Below are positions 57,968 through 64,000 of a stretch of 64,000 nt of DNA, one piece after another (the first letter of the stretch is position 1; each line of letters starts with the position of its first letter). Position numbers and translations under genes: made by a program. A model generated the notes under the pieces. That model worked only from the letters and a program-made list of their open reading frames with translations, searched no databases and was not told the DNA's origin. The stretch is from NCBI GenBank assembly GCA_965234725.1, contig CBDDUX010000026.1, positions 1 through 64,000 of the forward strand. The letters are read 5' to 3'. The DNA comes from Thermoplasmatota archaeon (GTDB taxonomy: Archaea > Thermoplasmatota > Penumbrarchaeia > Penumbrarchaeales > Penumbrarchaeaceae).

Positions 57968-58138
57968 ATGTTTACAAGTGTGGCCAATCCTAGGCATATC
58001 GAAAAGCAAGTTACTACCCATGTCCCTTCATATGATCCGGACTGGGAGTGGATCGAGACTTATAGTATAGACATGAAATGGTGGTGGGATCGTGCCGATC
58101 CCCTGGGCAGGGATCAACTCTTTCTAAAAACAGCATGA
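57968..58138 (+). CDS. Possible small Trp-rich protein (56 aa), absent from the ORF track
   Basis: Hand translation MFTSVANPRHIEKQVTTHVPSYDPDWEWIETYSIDMKWWWDRADPLGRDQLFLKTA*; it ends 10 bp before the next ORF. Confidence 0.3.
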   Translation: MFTSVANPRHIEKQVTTHVPSYDPDWEWIETYSIDMKWWWDRADPLGRDQLFLKTA

Positions 58139-58148
58139 AGGCTAAAGA

Positions 58149-58475
58149 ATGATCGTGTCTAAGAAACTGAAATGGAATCCGAACAAATGGAAGGAAAAAC
58201 CCAGGTATGAGCTGGACCTCTCTATAAACAAGAGACGTATTCACATTTTTTACCATCACTCAGAGATCTCCGAGGGGAGATTGATCAACGATATTGAAGA
58301 AAGGAGCGGTCAAGAGGTAGTTGTCTATATACCGGAAATGCCCAAAATTGGAGAGGATATCACCTTCTATCTATGTATAATAGGATATCTACCCAATTAC
58401 TCAAAACTCTGTCCTCCGGAATCTGGGTGCTGTCCCCATTGCGGAGAAAGAATATCGGGATACAGTGAGGCATAA
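58149..58475 (+). CDS. Small hypothetical protein with C-terminal Cys cluster
   Basis: 108-aa ORF ending CPPESGCCPHCGE. Confidence 0.5.
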   Translation: MIVSKKLKWNPNKWKEKPRYELDLSINKRRIHIFYHHSEISEGRLINDIEERSGQEVVVYIPEMPKIGEDITFYLCIIGYLPNYSKLCPPESGCCPHCGERISGYSEA

Positions 58476-58593
58476 TATCTCCTTCAAGTAGATCCGGATC
58501 AATTTCCAGATCATAACCTCTTTTTAAAAATGATCGGATAATTCACAGGATTATAGTTTGTGACATAAACTTTTTAAACACATCCAGGATTAG

Positions 58594-60705
58594 ATGACTA
58601 TGATCAACCAGGGAACCCTGGGCCCAACACCTCAGGCACGCCGAGCTTTCGTGGCATTGGGTTTATGCCTGGTATTCTTCCTTTCGGTCCTTTTACCAAC
58701 CGGAAATGTGATGGGAATGGGATCCCGTGCTCTGGTAACCTACATCGGATCGATCGAAGGGGACGGAGATGATGGAGAGACGGTCCTTGCAGGTTATCGA
58801 TGGTATACCTGTAATTTCACATTCATAGACTGGATCGAGGGAATTGACTCTTCCCTGGTCACAATTGAGAGGGGAGAGGGAGAGGATGAGGAGCTTTTCC
58901 ATTTCGATCCGGAGGGATCCAATCTTACATTTTTGGAGACCTCAAAGACTATCGATGTAAAGGACCCGATGATCGTACTTCAGAACGGTAGGAACCTAAC
59001 CCTCACCTTCAAGATCTGGATCCACTTGAACTGGACATTTCAGACACAGGTGACATTGAAACCGCGCATATGGAGCAATGGTTCTGAGGTCGGCCTCGAT
59101 TCACCCCAGTTACTGAGGTTTGATATCTATGGATATCTTCAGCCTGTCAGAGACCTGATAAGGGTGGTAGACCACTTAGGAAATGATATCCGGACAGGAG
59201 AAGCGGTCCTTTCAAACTCCACCATATCATTAACCGGACTCAATTTCGAATATGATGATAACTCAGAGAGATTCTCCGGGCTCAGGCCGGACCCTGAAAG
59301 GGTCCATCCGCAAGTGGAATATGGGACCATGTCCACGAACGCTACCTTCATGACAAACGGATTTCAGGCAGAGATCATGGTTCCGGACCTTGAAAGCGGA
59401 AACCTGATGCTATCCATAGACATTCCGGGTGTGAGGAGTGAATGGAAACTCGCCCTCTCGGCATGGTCCTTCTCTCTTGACATCGACGGGATAGGACCGA
59501 AGATAGAGATCACCAAACCAGCCCCTGGAAAGACACAATCCGATAAGGAATTCGTATGGAACATCACGGTGACCGACCGACCCGTTACAGCTGGTGTTTA
59601 TGTAAACGGTTCAACTGTCAGATATCGGGTCTGGACCATAGAATCGAACTGGTCACAGTGGTACGATATTCCTTCCTCAACTGATGCAAGGTCCATCTTC
59701 TTTTCCGGTTCTGCTACAGGTATTCCAGGGACCGGGACCACAATGATCCAATTTATGGCCGAGGATGTTCTTGGCAATGTCAATATCACAGAACCATACC
59801 CTGTGAAGATAAACAAGGCCCCTTCCCTGAACATCTCAGAGGTCATAATAGGCCTGGAATTGCCCAATAATAGTTCATTGGAGTTAGACGGATCGGACTA
59901 TGTCAGCGATCCGGACGGGGATGCCATATTCTACAAATGGTATCTTGATGATTCCGAACCACTCTCCACCCTTGCAAATTTCAGAAAACCCCTATTTGAT
60001 GTGGAACCCGGTGTCCATACCATCAAACTGGAGATAAGTGATGGCCACGAAGAGGTCTCACAGTCCTTTACATTCAATGTCACCAAGGCTAAGGACCGAG
60101 ATGAGGGAAAAACCTGGTTCGAGGAGTTGATGGAAGATGAGAACCTTTTCTGGTATCTTCTTCCCATCGCCCTTATTGCTATATTGATACCTCTCATCGT
60201 ACTCATCCTTTTCATATCAAGGAAGGCCAGGGAAAGGAGGGGGGACGATTTCATCATCGATGAGGATAGGGCCATGGACATGTCCCAGGCAGAGGAGACG
60301 GCAAAGCGGATATTGGATAATATGACCGCCAGGGAATCCGTTGATTTTCAGACATCCTCCTATGCTGTTACCATAGATGAGGGATTCGATTTCGATTATG
60401 ATCTCTATGAGGTCCTTGGCCTTGAATCGAACGCAACTGAAACTGAGATCAAGAAGAAATACCGCAAATTGGCGGCATTCTATCATCCCGACATGGTCGC
60501 ACAGCACGGGGAGGTGTCCGGGGAGGATTCCGCCGAGGAGATGATGAGGATAAACAAGGCAAAGGAGGTCCTTCTTAATCCAGAAAGGAGGGTTATCTAT
60601 GACTCCTACATCAATGACTTGGATTTCTCCATGGATATCGGGGACATGGGGGACATGGGGGATATGGGGGATGACGATCCCGACTTCGATGATGAATGGA
60701 CTTGA
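58594..60705 (+). CDS. Single-pass membrane protein: Ig/PKD-like ectodomain, TM helix, cytoplasmic DnaJ J-domain
   Basis: Signal peptide; SDPDGD...Y.W PKD-like unit; TM WYLLPIALIAILIPLIVLILFI-SRK; J-domain DLYEVLGL...AT..EIKKKYRKLA..YHPD...M.RINKA.EVL.NPE.R..YD. Confidence 0.9.
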   Translation: MTMINQGTLGPTPQARRAFVALGLCLVFFLSVLLPTGNVMGMGSRALVTYIGSIEGDGDDGETVLAGYRWYTCNFTFIDWIEGIDSSLVTIERGEGEDEELFHFDPEGSNLTFLETSKTIDVKDPMIVLQNGRNLTLTFKIWIHLNWTFQTQVTLKPRIWSNGSEVGLDSPQLLRFDIYGYLQPVRDLIRVVDHLGNDIRTGEAVLSNSTISLTGLNFEYDDNSERFSGLRPDPERVHPQVEYGTMSTNATFMTNGFQAEIMVPDLESGNLMLSIDIPGVRSEWKLALSAWSFSLDIDGIGPKIEITKPAPGKTQSDKEFVWNITVTDRPVTAGVYVNGSTVRYRVWTIESNWSQWYDIPSSTDARSIFFSGSATGIPGTGTTMIQFMAEDVLGNVNITEPYPVKINKAPSLNISEVIIGLELPNNSSLELDGSDYVSDPDGDAIFYKWYLDDSEPLSTLANFRKPLFDVEPGVHTIKLEISDGHEEVSQSFTFNVTKAKDRDEGKTWFEELMEDENLFWYLLPIALIAILIPLIVLILFISRKARERRGDDFIIDEDRAMDMSQAEETAKRILDNMTARESVDFQTSSYAVTIDEGFDFDYDLYEVLGLESNATETEIKKKYRKLAAFYHPDMVAQHGEVSGEDSAEEMMRINKAKEVLLNPERRVIYDSYINDLDFSMDIGDMGDMGDMGDDDPDFDDEWT

Positions 60706-60736
60706 TGGTAATCTGAGGGTAATTACCCCTTGTCCC

Positions 60737-60773
60737 TTTATATAAAAGATCGGAACCTAAACAGTTCAAGGAG
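60737..60773 (+). promoter_or_regulatory. TATA box and SD sequence of the giant pilin gene
   Basis: TTTATATAAA at 60737-60746; AAGGAG at 60768-60773, 8 nt before TTG 60782. Confidence 0.65.
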
Positions 60774-60781
60774 TTGATGAT

Positions 60782-63700
60782 TTGAAGAGATTATCGTCCG
60801 TTTGGAAGAACAACGGATCGAAGGATAGGTTTTTAGCGGTATCCGAAGCCGTTGGAACGGTCCTCCTTCTTGGCATATCCATCACGCTAGCAGGCGGTAT
60901 TGCGGTATGGACCTCCAATATTGAAGAAGGTGAAGAAGGTATCTATGTCGATCTTTGGGCAAATGTTCAGGGAAACGACCTGGTTATTGTCCACAGAGGT
61001 GGGGATCACCTTGACGGAGTGAATACAAAGATAATGATCACAGATTCATCGAGATACAGTGTTATAGAAAATACTTACACTGTCATGTCAGGAACGAACG
61101 ATGATACCTGGTCTCCTGGAGAGGAGTTGGTTATCGATATAACAAATCCTTCTGTTACAGATACGTTCAAAATAATAGTTACAACCACCAGAGATAATGG
61201 TGAAGCTGTTGTTATTTTCAACAATGAATTGCAGAGGTCTAATTCCAATACCGGTCTCCCTGACCTTGCGATCACAATGATAAATCTGAGAGACTCAGAA
61301 GATAATATCGTAACCACTATTCTGGACAATGGAGCATACGTCATCCAGATAAGGGTTTCGAATTTCGGATCTGATATGACGACCGTCCATCATTCGGATC
61401 TTGGAAATGGTGCTATATCAAATCTCAAGATATTTGACTCGAATGAACCCATAGATATGGCCTCGGTCACTTACAGTCATTATACAACCGGAGATGTAGA
61501 GGTCTTTGGTCCTGACGACCTGGGGAAAATGAAGAATGGAGATTACATGGTATTTGATTTCATTTGGCAGGTCTCCGGCAGCATTCCAAGATCACTTGGT
61601 CTCCATAGATTCAATGTGAAGGTCATTCCTGTTTATACTGGAGAGCTGAATTACAGGAACAATTACATCGAGAAGAAATTCAATGTTGATAAGGAACTGA
61701 CACCTCTCGATATCCATGGTCCGGACCCAGGTATCTACGATATTCTTTTCTCGAACGAAGCTCCAAACAGTGGTGAGGAGGTTACTGTTACAGTGATCAT
61801 CCAGAATTCCGGTGATGAAGGGATCGAGATCACGCATGGAGTTAATTTGATAGTCACAACTTGGGAACCGGAAAGGTACCATGACTCTTATGATGAAAGT
61901 GAGATCCATGATTGGAAGATGGATTATGAAGGATACTATGGCATGTGGAGGAGTGAATACAGTGAGGTGATCCCTGTAACCGAGGATGACACATTCCCTA
62001 CCTGTGTCAGAACAAACATCGAACTTCTCCCCGGAGCGTATCTATTCTTCTATTTCACCCTGGAAGCAAGGGTTGACGTCCCTGGAGGTGAACAGTGGGT
62101 TTTCGCAGCGATCGATGCCTTCAATGATAATTCTCAACCCCAGGGGATCGGATATTATCCAGGAGGAGATGATCCAGGCGACAATATGAGGCTCGGAAAG
62201 ATCCAGGTCCTTCCGAGGATCCTGGTGGTCGATGATGACGGATCTCCAACAGGAACCGAGGGTGACATGACATCAACAGTTCTTGAAGCTCTCATAGGAG
62301 CTGGTGTGACAGTGGACAAGGTTTTCACTTCCCAGGAGGTAAGCGATCATTCTGATACCAGGGATGCACCGGCTTTCTCCTACAATCAAGCGGAGATATC
62401 CGCACCTGCAATGGAAGATTATGATATTGTTATGTGGGTGACCGGATTCGAGACGGATCCTCTTACCAATGTTCCAAACGATCCTGTGAAGGATATTGGA
62501 GGAAATATCCAGGAGATAATGAAATATCTTGATTCAAACAGATATTTCCTCTTGGTTGGCACTGATCCTTTCAACGGATTGATGTCCTACTTCAATTCAA
62601 AGTCCACAACAGATCGTATTGTGGAAGACGACCCGAGCTTGGATGCCACTGCCTTCCTCTACAAATACATGGGGATACAGCAGGTTACAACAGATGTTAA
62701 CATTTCTGCAGGTGATCCCCCAACGTTACATGGAATGGACATATTCGTGGACCTTCAATTATCATCACTTGAAGGGGACCTGATAATCACACATAAGTCC
62801 GGAGATGATATCAGTGGCACTAATACAAATATTGTGATCTACGATCAGTTTGCGACACCTGTGATATCAGGTTCATATTCAGATTTTTCAGGTACCTTTG
62901 GAGAGGATTGGTCATCAGGGACCGAAGTAAGCATCGATCTGTCAACTTTGACACTTTCCGACACCTATGATATTGTCATCACGACCCCGAGGGACCTGGG
63001 AAGTACCATGATAGTACACAAGAACGAGTTCACAATGTCCGATGAGATCGGAGAAAATCCTTCGATAAAATATGGTGATATTTACCCGGGAGGTATATCA
63101 AGCAGGGATGAGACAATTGAACTCCTCACCCAGACTCCAGGAAATGGATTGATGAACCTCTTTGTAATAAGGAGTAGCTATGAGGAGAATCTCTTCGAGA
63201 TACCTGTGGGAACATTAACGAACTCGGATGAAGTTGTCAAGGCAGATCCAAGTTTCAATTCGATAAGGTCCTTTGGTACACCTGATGAAGACCTATTCGA
63301 TGCTGCATACCGATCGGTCGTGCTTGGCTGGGACATTACCCAGATAAAGTATCTCAACGAGAAAGTCGACCTTTTCTCTGATATACTCAAGTGGTTCGAC
63401 TGGGAGGTGGAGGTTGGAAGGGACCTTGCTGTTACAAGGATGAACCTTTATATCATCTCAGAGGATGAAGAGGGAAATTGGTTCAACGATCCTGTGGACG
63501 AGGATAATGCTCCCAAGTACCTGGACACTGTTCTTATTGAAGCATATGTGAGGAACAACGGACCCAATCTGGAAAGTTCTTCAGTAATGTTCTATGTCAC
63601 AGGTCCAGATGGTTTGGAGCTTCCGATAACACCGAACATTCCAGATCCCAGAGATGACCTCGAGCCCGAATATTATGATAATCCATATGACATGAACGGT

Positions 63701-64000
63701 CTTTCAGGAGGGGGGGCCGAGGAAAGCGTTTTCAAATTATGGCTTGCGGTGGGAGTAGGGACATACACATTCAGGGTCGTTGTTGATCCATTCCACCTTA
63801 TATCTGAGATAAGTGAGGAGAATAATGATATCTCGTACTCCACATCGACAATAACATCTTTCGTAACCAAGAACAACATCCTTGTTGTCGACGATGACAT
63901 GTCAACTGATAATTTCCCTGTTGGCATGGACGTTGGAACCATGGATCTGAGGAGGATCTCGTATGCTTCCCTTGGAGGAGAACCCTCACAGGTGATAGAG
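60782..64000 (+). CDS. Giant type IV pilin-like protein (class III signal peptide, pilin head, CARDB-like and alpha/beta domains); partial, runs off the window
   Basis: Hand-translated open frame of 1073 codons with no stop. N-terminus ..KDRFLA-VSEAVGTVLLLGISITLAGGIAVW; head motif I.H.GGD.L and W.PGE; CARDB-like PDLAI / V.N.G / E.SEENN; two ILVVDDD motifs. Presumably missed by the ORF track because it has no stop in the window. Confidence 0.9.
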   Translation, partial: MKRLSSVWKNNGSKDRFLAVSEAVGTVLLLGISITLAGGIAVWTSNIEEGEEGIYVDLWANVQGNDLVIVHRGGDHLDGVNTKIMITDSSRYSVIENTYTVMSGTNDDTWSPGEELVIDITNPSVTDTFKIIVTTTRDNGEAVVIFNNELQRSNSNTGLPDLAITMINLRDSEDNIVTTILDNGAYVIQIRVSNFGSDMTTVHHSDLGNGAISNLKIFDSNEPIDMASVTYSHYTTGDVEVFGPDDLGKMKNGDYMVFDFIWQVSGSIPRSLGLHRFNVKVIPVYTGELNYRNNYIEKKFNVDKELTPLDIHGPDPGIYDILFSNEAPNSGEEVTVTVIIQNSGDEGIEITHGVNLIVTTWEPERYHDSYDESEIHDWKMDYEGYYGMWRSEYSEVIPVTEDDTFPTCVRTNIELLPGAYLFFYFTLEARVDVPGGEQWVFAAIDAFNDNSQPQGIGYYPGGDDPGDNMRLGKIQVLPRILVVDDDGSPTGTEGDMTSTVLEALIGAGVTVDKVFTSQEVSDHSDTRDAPAFSYNQAEISAPAMEDYDIVMWVTGFETDPLTNVPNDPVKDIGGNIQEIMKYLDSNRYFLLVGTDPFNGLMSYFNSKSTTDRIVEDDPSLDATAFLYKYMGIQQVTTDVNISAGDPPTLHGMDIFVDLQLSSLEGDLIITHKSGDDISGTNTNIVIYDQFATPVISGSYSDFSGTFGEDWSSGTEVSIDLSTLTLSDTYDIVITTPRDLGSTMIVHKNEFTMSDEIGENPSIKYGDIYPGGISSRDETIELLTQTPGNGLMNLFVIRSSYEENLFEIPVGTLTNSDEVVKADPSFNSIRSFGTPDEDLFDAAYRSVVLGWDITQIKYLNEKVDLFSDILKWFDWEVEVGRDLAVTRMNLYIISEDEEGNWFNDPVDEDNAPKYLDTVLIEAYVRNNGPNLESSSVMFYVTGPDGLELPITPNIPDPRDDLEPEYYDNPYDMNGLSGGGAEESVFKLWLAVGVGTYTFRVVVDPFHLISEISEENNDISYSTSTITSFVTKNNILVVDDDMSTDNFPVGMDVGTMDLRRISYASLGGEPSQVIE

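Noticed and set aside
1-64000. CRISPR array, cas genes, IS transposase, integrase or provirus
   Set aside because: No regularly spaced repeats and no recognisable recombinase, transposase or capsid ORFs. The CARF-like regulator alone does not indicate a CRISPR system.

Overview
Chromosomal window from an archaeon, most likely an uncultured Thermoplasmatota lineage. This is inferred from archaeal tRNAs, TATA-box promoters, a ThiR-type regulator, an archaeal type IV pilus ATPase, a class III-signal pilin and many acidic single-pass surface proteins. Housekeeping genes: ftsZ, glnA, an MtaB-like methylthiotransferase, dCMP deaminase, thiR-thiBPQ, a PfkB kinase, and tRNA-iMet, tRNA-Phe and tRNA-Glu. 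There is also a ~14 kb surface-glycan cluster (GT2/GT4/GT8, Wzm/Wzt, radical SAM). I saw no CRISPR array, transposase or integrase. Most unusual elements: (1) single-pass receptor-like proteins joining large adhesin-type ectodomains to cytoplasmic tandem winged-helix domains or an HPD J-domain; (2) an XPD/DinG-like protein that has lost its ATPase motifs but keeps its Fe-S cysteines, coupled to an MBL hydrolase and divergent from a CARF-like regulator with operator-like repeats; (3) a >1000-aa pilin, missed by the ORF track, with a second pilin head inserted exactly 600 codons downstream; (4) a TPR/10xCxxC protein immediately after ftsZ; (5) a pair of zinc-capped repeat coiled-coil proteins; (6) several multi-hairpin intergenic segments that may be unannotated RNAs, one lying inside a 60-bp duplication at the tRNA-Glu 3' end. 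All family assignments come from recognising motifs by eye; no searches were run.
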